From Macrostomum lignano (taxonomy: Eukaryota), in the NCBI GenBank assembly GCA_002269645.1, contig NIVC01002334.1:1-64000 (forward strand): DNA of 64,000 nt. The letters run 5' to 3'. The notes below the pieces were generated by a model. It ran no database searches and was not told where the DNA came from. It saw nothing but the letters and a program-made list of their open reading frames with translations. Positions 48,101 through 59,300 of the stretch are shown one piece after another; the first letter of the stretch is position 1; every line of letters starts with the position of its first letter. The position numbers were made by a program, and so were the translations under genes.

Positions 48101-51100
48101 ATTAGCGAATCCCAGTGCCACAAAGAAGATCGCCTTCAAGCCGAAGCCTAAGCCAGCCAAAAGTTTCCTGATGGTGGTCCACTGTAGGCTGGTTCGCAGT
48201 TTCAAAAAGTCAGCCAGGCATCCGCCTGAAGAAATAATATAACGAATATTGAATTTAGAAACAAAATGAATCAAAGAACTCAGCATAGTTATTTGGTTGA
48301 TGCTCTGCTGGAATGGTACAATACATCTTGAAAAAACTTCTATTGGAATAAAAAAGTCAAACAGTCCGCCTGCTTGTAAGTGAAGAGACACTTCTGTTTG
48401 CTATATTTGTGCGGCTGCATTGGGAAGCTCGAGAAACAACTTCGCCCCAAGCCGCGCGTCATTGCAAAATTCATTAATTATTTATCTGCAGCTTGCATAG
48501 CTTCTTCTCCATCGTTTCTTCATCCGCTGAATAGAAGGCCTAGTTCCCGACAATATCCTTGTGTTTATACTGTGTGGTTATCGTACCAGATGTTTGTTGG
48601 AAGGGAAATGCAGAGAGGAGCATTAGTTGAACCAGCCTTCAACATCAAGTTGAACTGTAAGATTTCAATACTAGCTATAGTTGTTCGTGTAGATATTCAA
48701 TGGTTTTTTAGTCTTTTATAAACATAATAATAATAATTGATTACACCTGCCCTTAATAGGCAGATGTGAAAACGACAGCTCAGCCGCAGCTTTTGCGCGG
48801 CGCATCTGAAGACTGCGGACGGCTGTTCAGTCCAAGGACTGGGGGGTCGCCACACACCCTCAATTACATCAGAGAATGCTGGCACCCATTTTACTGCTGG
48901 GTGAACTGAAGCAATGCAGAGTTAAGTGTCTTGCTCAAGGACACAAATTGTTTCGAGTAGGTCGAGAATGGAACTTCTTACCTTTCAGTGATGAGTCCAA
49001 CGCTCTAACCACTAGGCTGCAACCCTTCTTTATCAAGGCACATGTTTTAAGTTAGCATGAGTTATTATTAGTAACGAAACTTTAACAAGAAACATCTGAC
49101 GTGTTTAATTAAGTCGAATTGCTACACTGATCGAGCTGCAAACTAGCCAAGCAAACACTCGTATAAGACCGATTGATGAAATAAAACTAAAGAGAAAATT
49201 TCTGTTCAATGTTAGTTGTTAATTTTAGTTTCAAGTTAGACAATAATGCTTTTTGTCCTGTCCTCCCACTGTGACTGTTTGTTCAGGATGCTCGCTGTTT
49301 AAACAAAAATCACACAAACCTTGTCTTGCTAAAATCCATGCCATTAACAAATTGAATGCATTCAGCACTCAATTGGTTTATCTCCAAGTTTAAAAGCCCA
49401 CTTACTGTTCAAACTACGTCGTATGACTGAAAACTAAAAATACAATAAGTACAGTGTAGTTTAAGTTATTGTCAATGTATGAGAAGGCAATAAAGTCTGA
49501 TTTTACGGTAAAACTACCATTCGGGGAATCCCACCCAGACAATTTTTTTGTTGCACCGGAACGGAGCAACGCAGGCACACGAACTTCCAGAACGCCGGCT
49601 AACTGTTTGTTGCACACCTTCTCAAACAAGAATCAAGTCACCAGCCCTGCGGACCGTCGAGATATTCGACGATTCTGCCAGAAGGTCGGAAGTTTCACTT
49701 TAGCGCTAGTGTATTTAGTTCACCCCAATCAGCATTGCGCAGCCTCGCCAAGCCTCCAAATTTCATCAGCACGTCGACCGCCTGTGTCTGCATCAGCTCT
49801 GACTCCGTTGGTCATTGGCATTCACCCAGTCAAAGCTTCTGGACCTTCAGCAGGTGACACCAGGTGACCATGGACACACTGTTGCAATCAAGCCTTGACA
49901 GTATACAAATTTCAACTGCTGGACATCCTCAGCTGGTCATCCAAAAAAAATTGTCAGGGGAAGTTCGACAGACGGAAAAATGGCTTATTATTCCTACTGT
50001 TAATCCCCTATATGCCGCAATGCCTATTGACATAAGGGTTTACTGAGTTTTCATGGATCGCATCAAAAGTACTCTCGAGACGCGGGTTGGTGGGTGTGGC
50101 ACGACAGGTACGAGAACTGAGAGTTAGCTGCGTTACTCAATAAATAAAGTCACTATTTGCATGTTCACCAACTTTTTGAGTCTACTTCGACAGTATAGAA
50201 ATGTCCACAGCAGCTGGAGCTGCATGAGTGGCAGCGGAACTTTGCAGCCATAAAAACCATCATTATCACTTTTGCTGCCATCGCTTCACTGAGAACTTCC
50301 CTGGATAAACTAGATCCGCCTCTCCCTCCCTCTCTCTCTGCCCACTTCAGACTCGTATATCATTGGGAGAATCTAGTGCAAACCGTATGCTCTGGTGAGC
50401 ACTGTACCTGTTTTAAGGCAGTTTATTGGCCTAGAATAACGTCACTTAAAATGGCAAGCCTAATATATCATATTTAAATATGCGAGAACTGAGAAAGATT
50501 TATCCGAATTTTATGCATAGATTAGCATTATTAATATCCTGATCTTATTTACAAGCGTAATTTGATTAATTGCTTGGTAAATCCCCGTCCTGCCAAGCCG
50601 ACAGTTACCGGTTTGGAGTTTTGCGTATCCGTGGCAGAAAGGTTTGCACAAAATAAATTGGCTGGCGAAAGGTTGTAAGCTGAAAAAGTGACTGATTAGC
50701 TAGTTAGTAGCACGGACAGAGTCTTACCGATTGGCACAAACAGTGACCTGGCCAGGAACGGAAACGATAGCAGGAATATGGTGTGACCAACGTCGGTTTT
50801 GTACATCTGGTGATAGTAGCTCTGCATGCACACCGAGCTGATCTGGAAGGTCCAGTCGTCTGCTGCGTACGTGAAAAATATCGCATAGACCTGTCTAGAT
50901 TTGAAAATCTCCTTCCACGGTACTCGAAGACGCCTGTGCGCGTACAGGACCTTCTTGGTGACCGTCACCTCCAAGTACTGGCGCTCCTGTTTGCCCAGGT
51001 TCTTGTCCTTCAAGGGCTTCTCGTCGATCAGTCGCCACCAGAAGATGCACCAGATCAAGCCGATGTTGGCGTAGATGTAGAACACCACCGCCCAGCCCCA

Positions 51101-51802
51101 GTGGTTCTCGATCTCCTGGCACACCGGCAGGCCGATCAGCGGACCGAGCGACACCCCGATGACGGCGAAGCAGAGCAGCGAGGATCGCTCACCTTCGGGT
51201 CCCCAGAAGCGCATCACACCAAAGACGGCCGGTATGAGGCAGCCTTCAGCCAGGCCCTGCATCAGTCGCAGCACTACAATAATCGCTATGGACGCTGAGA
51301 TATCTGCCGCGATTTGCGTAACCAAGGGCAGGAACAGGTTGAGACCGCAGGTGAGCGCCACGGAGCAGCCGAGTAGCAGGGAGCTGTCGTGATGCACCGT
51401 CAGGTAGCCGCCAACAGGGCTAGCCACCAGGTAGCCGATGAACACCGAGTTCTCAATCAGATCGTTGGCGGTGTTCTGCCAAGGCATCTGTCGGTGAGCG
51501 TTGGGCTGAAAGATTGAGGCGCTGCTGCTCGACCTAGCAACTGTGGCCGAGACGTTGGACTGCTTGTTCAAATAGTCCATGATGGCGACCATCTCCGCTC
51601 GCATGCCAATAACCACCGTCAGTCCGATGCAGCACAGCAGAGCTATCAGGTATCGTTTCCGACCGGGGCCGCAGCAGCAGAAGACGGGCCTCGATGCCGC
51701 AGCGCTGGCTGATGGCGTGTCAGCATGACCTGTGTGAGGGCAGTTCCTAGTTCTGCTAGTGCCGCTGCCGCTGTTGCTGTTGCTCTCCGCGCTCCACATC
51801 AT
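30133..51802 (-). CDS. SLC17-family (VGLUT/EAT-4-like) MFS transporter, 4 exons, ~547 aa
   Basis: Exons 51802-50728, 48225-48061, 31450-31343 and 30428-30133 (1644 nt, phase-1 junctions all match). Motifs [73 protein letters not shown]. Additional upstream exons cannot be excluded. Confidence 0.9.
30565..30830. repeat. Degenerate ~21-bp tandem repeat (GGTTTGTGTCTTTGGACAAC-like)
   Basis: Repeated TGTGTCTTT/GGACAA units in SLC17 intron 3. Confidence 0.75.
31655..32290. repeat. Degenerate ~21-bp tandem repeat (AACTTCAAGACAATAACAAC)
   Basis: About 30 TTCAAGACA-core units. Confidence 0.88.
34118..35420 (+). repeat. 112-bp satellite array, left arm, ~11.6 copies
   Basis: Unit GAGTGTCATTTCTAAGCTCTCCATTTGATTCTATATATTGACAGCGCTAGTTAGAGATTCTGAGAGAAGCGGGCTCTGCGTCATCTTTGCACCTGTGTATATCAGCCCCATT; period measured 34341 to 34453. 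Confidence 0.97.
35874..40227 (-). CDS. C2H2 zinc finger - tyrosine recombinase - PWWP fusion protein, 4 exons, ~1134 aa
   Basis: Exons 40227-38759, 38373-37914, 37564-37402 and 37186-35874 (3405 nt; phases 2, 0, 1 all match; GT-AG; no internal stops). ZnFs CPFGNC..HIKRAH and CAVC-x12-HKRNSH. YR motifs NANRQGV, HKS..KHG, SKFR, DHQNHT, QFY. PWWP-like [25 protein letters not shown]. The start ATG at 40227 is a best guess; the frame stays open to 40386. Confidence 0.85.
38465..38700. repeat. ~57-bp compound tandem repeat in intron 1 of the YR-PWWP gene
   Basis: Repeated CCAGTGCCATTTTGAATTCCAGCGCCATATTGAATACCAGCTAGCGCCATATTTATC. Confidence 0.85.
40892..46229 (-). repeat. 112-bp satellite array, right arm, ~48 copies, reverse complement of the left arm
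   Basis: Unit TGTCAATATATAGAATTAAATGGAGAGCTTAGAAATGACACTCAATGGGGCTGATATACACAGGTGCAAAGATGACGCAGAGCCCGCTTCTCTCAGCATCTCTAACTAGCGC; only a few variable positions. Confidence 0.98.
47290..47879. mobile_element. Small palindromic TIR element (CAAGGRCWACTTAAGT termini) hosting the Tc1 MITE
   Basis: CAAGGACTACTCAAGTA / TACTTAAGTTGCCCTTG ends and an internal ~26-bp hairpin (47788-47859). A relative lies at 52808-52946. Confidence 0.55.
47312..47783. mobile_element. Tc1/mariner-type MITE
   Basis: ~42-bp near-perfect TIR (TAACGGGTGTCCCAAAAAAAGGTAACACTTTGTGCGCTCACT) with TA duplicated on both sides. Confidence 0.88.
48724..49025 (-). mobile_element. tRNA-derived CORE-type SINE, full length
   Basis: Reverse complement of the 58232 copy, with a (TTA)n tail at 48724-48737. 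Confidence 0.85.
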
Positions 51803-52542
51803 TCGATTGTCCGACCTGTCTGTCTCTGATAGTCCATGCAGACTCACGATGGATCTACAGAATTGAGTAGGGAAGCATAATGATTTTAAGAACGCTGTAT
51901 CGTAGACAGAAGAAAAGCACCTTAAAGGGGAAGCGATGCTTCCATCCGACGGCTGCTCCAACCTCACACTTTCCTGCCCGAAAGTTTGAGGATTTGACTG
52001 AGTTAAGCTCAGCCAATAGTGAGAGCCTAGGCTTTAGTCTCTTGCGCAGCAGACTTCACCTAGGCCTTGTGGACACTGGATTGCTGTCGCCCCCAACCTC
52101 CTCTCTCGCAGCCTTTCTCCTTGCTTCTAGCAAAGACACACACAAACACGCGCTCACACACACGCACAAGCTCGCATGCAAACTCGCCGTCTGGTCGCTT
52201 ATCGAAGCAGAGAGTCACCAGAACTGGCGTTGCCACCCAGCGGAGCGTGACAATGAGCTTCCGCTGGGGCTCTCCTCCTCTCCCAGTGCCACCTAGGCTC
52301 TGCGTCCGCTCCCCTCTCCCCTTCGCTGTCTCCCTCTCTCTCTGCCTCTCGTTCCTCCGCCAACATAAATTACGCTTGTACAAATGCGACGCAAACGAGG
52401 GGCAAAGCTTGAGTAGTACTCGTATTAGTAGTATGTGTCCCCATAGCGTCCTGGTTTTCAAGGATAAATTTCGTGTTCCGATGCAGTCTTAATTTACGTA
52501 AAGCGATTTTCAATGAATTCGTGTTGTATATACCAGCAGCTC

Positions 52543-52803
52543 AATAATAATAATAATAATAATAATTGATTACACCTGCCCTATTGAGCAGATGTGCAAC
52601 CGACAGCTCAGCCGCAGCTATTGCGCGGCGCATCTGAAGGCTGCGTACGGCTGTTGGTTGTCGCCACACTCACCCTCAATTACCCCAGCTAATGCTGGGA
52701 CCCATTTTACAGCTGGGTGAACTGAAGCAATGCAGAGTTAAGTGTCTTGCTCAAGGACACAAATTTTTCCTAGAAGGTCGAGAATCGAACCTCCGACCTT
52801 TTA
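52543..52803 (-). mobile_element. CORE-type SINE, 5'-truncated
   Basis: (TTA)n tail, same body and CORE segment as the 48724 and 58232 copies. Confidence 0.85.
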
Positions 52804-53741
52804 GAGTACGGACTACTTAATTGTCGTAAATATAGAACGCGACACACGATTCGTGTAATTTTTTGGAGGCAGAATTTTTTTTAGCGTATACTATAGCAGG
52901 CATGAACGTTTTGTGCGTGACGTGTCCTTCTACTTAAGTAGCCCGTGTCTTTTAGTTGTAAGTCGGAATTAAGCTCCACTAGCCACTAGGACTGAAACTA
53001 AGGCAAGGACGACTAAAGTAACAATATATAAGTAGTAGTCTTCGAACTAAGACTGTGTTAGGATTGCAGAAGGCACTCGCAGAAGTATCTTTGCTGTGCT
53101 AAAACTTACCTAATAATACTGAGTTCCCGCTACTTTCTTCTCAATAGGGCAGGGAAAGCCCTTTGATAAAAGTTATTTCTCTAATAGCTGATACTGTTGG
53201 TTCTTGTCGCGCAACCCGATGCAAATCTCTAATGAGATATTGTAAATCGCTGAGAATCAAATTCACCTGTAGACTTTTCTTCAAGGACTGATTGATTTTA
53301 ATAATTTTATTTTCATGTTTGTAAATCTTCTGTCGCACGCAAAAATATAAAGACACCCGGAGATTAGAAAAATAAATTTAAAGAATTTCTAAGAAATCCG
53401 TGCATCTTTCTTGCAAATGCATCCACCCCACTGACAAAGTCTCCAAGGTCCCAATTGAACAAGGGACAAGAGAAAAACAGGACAACAACAATTCTCCTGT
53501 TGAATCACGCGAGCCAAATCTTTCAGATGTAAGATTCTAATTCCGCTTGCAATCCTGATCTGCTTTGAGCGTTTTGAGCAGCTGTGTTATTAACAAAATC
53601 TGCTGAGGCTCATTATTTTTGGCTAAGACTTGTTTAGCATTCTAGCAAATTCTTTTCTAGGGATTTTTTGCTCACATTGGAACATGCATCACATGCATAT
53701 TGTGTTATTACTTTTATGCAAAGAACTCTAATAACTCTCCT

Positions 53742-54610
53742 GCTTGTGTCACTCTAATGATTCTCACGATTGTGTCACTCTAATGACTCTTACGTTTACG
53801 TCACTCTAATGATTCCCATGCTTGTGTCACTCTAATGATTCTCATGCTTGTGTCACTCTAATGATTCTCAAGACTGTGTCACTCTAATGATTCTCATGAT
53901 TGTGTCACTCTAATGATTCTCATGACTGTGTCACTCTAATGATTCTCATGTTTGTGCCACCCTAATGACTTTCATAATTGTGTCATTCTAAGGATTCTCA
54001 TATTTGTGTGTCACTCTAATTATTCTCATGACTGTGTCACTCTAATGACTCTCACGTTTATGTCACTCTAATGACTCTCACGTTTATGTCACTCTAATGA
54101 TTCTCATGTTTGTGTCACTCTAATGATTCTCATGTGTGTGTCACTCTAATGATTCTCATTCTTGTGTCACTCTAATGATTCTAATGTGTGTGTCACTCTA
54201 ATGATTCTCATTCTTGTGTCACTCTAATGATTCTCATGCGTGTGTCACTCTAATGATTCTCAAGACTGTGTCACTCTAATGATTTTCATGATTGTGTCAC
54301 TCTAATGATTCTCATGTGTGTGTCACTCTAATGATTCTCATTCTTGTGTCACTCTAATGATTCTCACGATTGTGTCACTCTAATGACTCTTACGTTTACG
54401 TCACTCTAATGATTCCCATGCTTGTGTCACTCTAATGATTCTCATGCTTGTGTCACTCTAATGATTCTCATGACTGTGTCACTCTAATGATTCTCATGAC
54501 TGTGTCACTCTAATGATTCTCATGTTTGTGCCACCCTAATGATTTTTACGAGTGTGTCACTCTAATGATTCTCACGCTTGTGTCACTCTAATTATTCTCA
54601 TGTTTGTGTC
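53742..54610. repeat. 26-bp minisatellite (CTTGTGTCACTCTAATGATTCTCATG), ~33 copies
   Basis: Direct tandem copies; period measured 53821 to 53847. Confidence 0.95.
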
Positions 54611-55140
54611 ATGATGCAAATGCAAAGTGCATAGAGAAATGCATAGAGTACTCTTAAAACGCAAAAAGTACAGGTTCAACTTAAAGAACTAGCAGGAAGG
54701 GAATGAAAACCAGCCCAAGACAGACGCAGCTTAGATTAGATTAGTCAGAGCTTAGAAATTTCGATTAGAGAAACAGATTAAGCCTATTACTATATAGATG
54801 CTTTCTAATTAATGCATTCGCACATCTGCGATACTCACTCACCCCGGGGGCTTAAGGTTTCCTGCCAAGCTCCCGAGCTTCATCAACCCGCATCCTTATC
54901 ATCCAAGGCTTCCTATTCCATCGAAAAGCAGAGCTACTCAATCAACCTTTAGAATGCGCTCACTGATTGCCTGCATGGGTTTTGTTCGGGTTTTGCTCGG
55001 AAGACATTAAATAAATGAATTGATTTGATTTTTTAGCCAAATTTTATCAGAAAAATCTCTGCTAATGCTAATGCCAAATGCACTTTGTACAGCTTGAATT
55101 TTTCGTTCACATTTGGATGCTTTCTAGCTTTGTTGAATTT

Positions 55141-55552
55141 CTGGCGCCCCTGGTGCTGGCGCCCCTGGAGCTGGCGCCCCTGGTGCTGGCGCCCCTGGAG
55201 CTGGCGCCCCTGGTGCTGGCGCCCCTGGAGCTGGCGCCCCTGGAGCTGGCGCCCCTGGAGCTGGCGCCCCTGGAGCTGGCGCCCCTGGAGCTGGCGCCCC
55301 TGGAGCTGGCCTCCTGGAGCTGGCGCCCCTGGAGCTGGCGCCCCTGGAGCTGGCGCCCCTGGTGCTAAAGCCCCTGGTACTAAAGCCCCTGGTGCTAAAG
55401 CCCCTGGTGCTAAAGCCCTGGTGCTAAAGCCCCAGGTGCTGGCGCCCCTGGTGCTAAAGCCCCTGGTACTAAAGCCCCTGGTGCTAAAGCCTCTGGTGCT
55501 AAAGCCCCTGGTGCTAAAGCCCCAGGTGCTAAAGCCCCTGGTGCTAAAGCCA
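55141..55552. repeat. 15-bp minisatellite (GGCGCCCCTGGAGCT grading into GCTAAAGCCCCTGGT)
   Basis: Tandem copies. The same family occurs reverse-complemented at 61647-61818. Confidence 0.93.
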
Positions 55553-56335
55553 CATTTAAACAAATCAGACTGCCTCAGAAATGAGATGAGCTTTATTTGC
55601 TTTTGGGTAAAGTTATTTCATTTTTATAAGTCTTGATGGCATAGAATCTCCTAGTATAATAACTATTCTGCGTACAGTCAAACCGAACGCGGGTGTTGGT
55701 CGAGGAAACGCAGCGGCAGTGCAGTGCTGGTTCTTTCCCCTATAATTCTATCTCTGCTATTTTTTGCACAGTCGCGTACGTGCACGTGACCGGTTCTGTC
55801 GACCTTAGTCTCTCTCCCCCGCTCCGCTCAGGGCTGCGCATACCTTCTCTCTATTATGCCTCATGCACCTCACCCACCTCAGGCCAAGTACAAGCCACGA
55901 TACTGAGCATAGAGTTGTACGTATTATGCCTGCAGATTTTTACAAGGCAAGGGCAAGACAAGGTCGAGGTTCTTAGGGGTGGGTAGTTACTCCAGTGTTC
56001 TTCTCCTCTCCTCTGTCTGTGACTCTCTCTCTCTACTTCTCTTCCGCAGTGTACAGCGGGGAGTGGCGTCAGAGTTCTGTGTCTTTTTCCTATAGCTAGC
56101 TACAGTTTGGATAAAACATACCGTTTAACAACGCACAACTTTTATTATACAGCTCTTCCTGTGTTGTCCAATTTGGCTTGATACTTGTAGCTCGTAGTAG
56201 ATCAAAACTCAAAAGCGTCTGGAAAATAAATTAGCATTCAATGTGCCTGGCGTCTGCTGAACCAGCTATCGCGTTGCATTTCATCAATCAATCTAAAAAG
56301 CTGCACTAATCTGGTTGGCATAGTTAATATCGAAG

Positions 56336-59300
56336 ATGCCCAAGTTTTCCCAGATATCTGGTAAGTGTTCATAATAATACTTCAGAAGTAACTGCGTCAT
56401 GAGTTTTTACTATTAATCTTGATTCCGAAATTATATTCATTAGATAAATTATATCAAATAACTCGCGCAATTACAATTCAATTCGCAATGTCATCGCCAC
56501 ATAGGCAAGCAGGCAAGCAGCGATGAGTCTTCTGAGCAGAAGACCGCTGTAGGAGACTCAGTCAAGGGAAGAGGTGAGGTCGAAAATTTAAGCAAGAGAC
56601 GTTTGTATAGCTGAGGAAAAACACAGTGTAAAAAAGCACGACCCCGTGGTTCGATTCTGTGAGCGACCACGTAAATTCTGGGTTAGTGTGTGCACGAAAA
56701 TTGGATAATGGGTTGTGGGACTCGTGGAACCCTACCGACAATCGTCAGCGCCGGTTGTGGGACCATGTTGCCGAATGCGTTGCACTTTTCAGGCCCACAA
56801 CCAGCCTGCAAATCATCTGCTTTTAATTTATAATATAGGCGCATGTAAGAATTGAGGCATCTTAGCTAGCTGACTGCGCAAAAGGCAAATCAATTTATAA
56901 CATGCCACGTAAAACCGCGCGAAGACAGTCGGCGGTGCCCACTAGCTAGGAGACTTGCGAGGAAATGCTTTCTATTTCTTTCTTTCTTTTCTTTCTATTA
57001 ATCGGCCGAGAAATCAAATCGAAACTTATTCAAATTTGTACTTCTGACTCGGCTTCGCTGATCTCACTAAAAGATTTTTGTTATAACGTCTCCTGCTTCA
57101 CGTTGCATGCGTGAGTCATCCAGTGATTTTACAATGACTTTTCAAAGCCTTTGAAATCTGATAAAAACACTAACGCGGAATGCTGCCGATTGGCATCAAG
57201 AATGTTTTTTGTGAATAATATTTATCGAAGTTGACGAGCACTTACTTAACAGGTTGAAGTTCATAATGTCATGAGGTAACAGTCTATTTGTCGAATAGTT
57301 GCCTCATTGAATGCATTTACATTGTTGGTATTTCCAGAGCGCTTCCAACGGCTCAAGGCGTATTGGGAAGATCTGGGGGCATCTTCGACATCGCCAACTG
57401 CCAGAGGAGCTGAAGGCTACACGGGATTGTAAGAAGTTATTATGCTGTAAAATTTGAGTTTTACAAAGTAGTTAAGTATAAGAAATTCTATGGATAAGTG
57501 AAATACCGACCTCAAACCCATAGAATATCTTATTTAAACTACTTTAATCTTGCGGGATGTATTCAGATAAATCCCGCAGCCATACTTGTATGTCTATGGT
57601 TGAAGTTGGGGATGGGGGTGTGGGGGCAAAGCCCCCGCATTCTTACCATAGACAAAATTTCATTAAGAAAGTTCTCGTGTCACGAAGGAAGAGAAGAGAG
57701 GAGCTCGCTTATTTAGAAACATACATTAATCCTTGCAATATGTCCGGGAAAGTGATCGATTAAATTCCACAAAAGAAAATCTATGTCAATAACCTCCCTG
57801 AAAGTGAGCTTTAAAGTGGTTTAAGAGTGCTTGTTTGTTTGGAGTTCTTAAATGACTGAATTAGTCCTACTCATACGACCGCGATTTTATACCTGACTGA
57901 TCTAAGCCTTTCATAAATTAATCATCTACATGGTATTTTGACTTTCAGCGGATCAACTCACCGTCTCGCCCCTGCTGGTGGCAGTTTGCGAAAGTACTCA
58001 AATCATGCAACCAGTTCCTCTGGTGATCAAAGGCCTCAGCATGAGATGGTGGCTTCTACAGGTGAGTGAAACTGAGCACGCAACATCAAAACAATTACAG
58101 TGCAACTCAATTGTCGCACTGTGATGTTGAACCATCGTCGTTGCCCTACTGGATTCAGTAGGGCGTGGAGACAAAACCAAAAGTTATAAACGAGAACTGA
58201 TTTTGGTGCCTCAGGCCAGTGGTTGTGAGTAGGGGTTGTAGCCTAGTGGTTAGAGCGTCGGACTCACCACTGATAGGTCCGGGGTTCGATTCTCGACCCA
58301 CTCGGAACAATTTGTGTCCTTGAGCAAGACACTTAACTCTGCATTGCTTCAGTTCTACAAGCTGTAAAATGGGTGCCAGCATTCTCTGGTGTAATTGAGG
58401 GCCGGTGTGTGGCGACCCCCCAGTCCTTGGACTGAACAGCCGTACGCAGCCTTCAGATGCGCCGCGCAATAGCTGCGGCTGAGCTGTCGGTTGCACATCT
58501 GCCCACTGGGGCTGGGATAATCAATTATTTTATTACTATTATCAATACTCAGGCCAGACTAAAGCATCTGATGCTCATTTTGGCGCAAGGACCAATTCAG
58601 AATTTTCTAATTGGTCCTTGAAATTTTGGTCTTTTGAAGTCCTCCATAGCGCTAAATGGGGTTTTGTGATAGAAAAATTGGGTGGAGAAGAGAATTAATT
58701 AATCAGAGTAAATTCACTAGCAATGCTAAAAATATACGTTCTTTTCCGACCTCATCTCATTTCTAAGAAAGTCGAGTGCACCACCTTTCTGCTGCAGTTT
58801 CCATGCTTTGCTTTGGTCAAATTTTAACCCCCTGAGGTTGAAGTATAGATGAAAGCAAACTGATATTTTTCAGGCAGTTCCTGGTGTCCTAAATAGTTGG
58901 ATAATTAACTCTTTCACTCTGATGATGACGGATGTGCACTACTCCCCCCCGCCCTACCTGCAAAGAGGAACACTTTTCAATTACCCTAATTAAAGGAGCT
59001 TAAAGCCTTGTTTTGAGGTGTCCAAAAAGTTCTTCTTTGTCATCTTAGTCCGGTGCTTTCAGAAGCTTTTAATAAAATAATTGCATGCACTAAATAAATT
59101 CACGTTGGAAACCAAATGCTAGTATAATTTCGGGATGCAATGGTGAATTTACTGCGGAGCAAATTTATTAGCAATATTTGAATCGCGCAATACGAAATTT
59201 AATATTTTGCTCGTATTGTAACAACCAAATATGGCTTGGAGCTGGTTTTCTGTCAGTTGCAAATGGTTAACGGGGCTTTTATTGCACAATTTATATGCAG

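Noticed and set aside
49400-50190. LTR-retrotransposon remnant (ORF 49469..49867, AATAAA...ACA end)
   Set aside because: No gag, pol or env motif recognised and no second LTR.
58232-58310. tRNA gene
   Set aside because: A/B boxes are present, but the sequence continues into the SINE CORE and tail, has multiple dispersed copies, and has no proper acceptor stem or T-run terminator.
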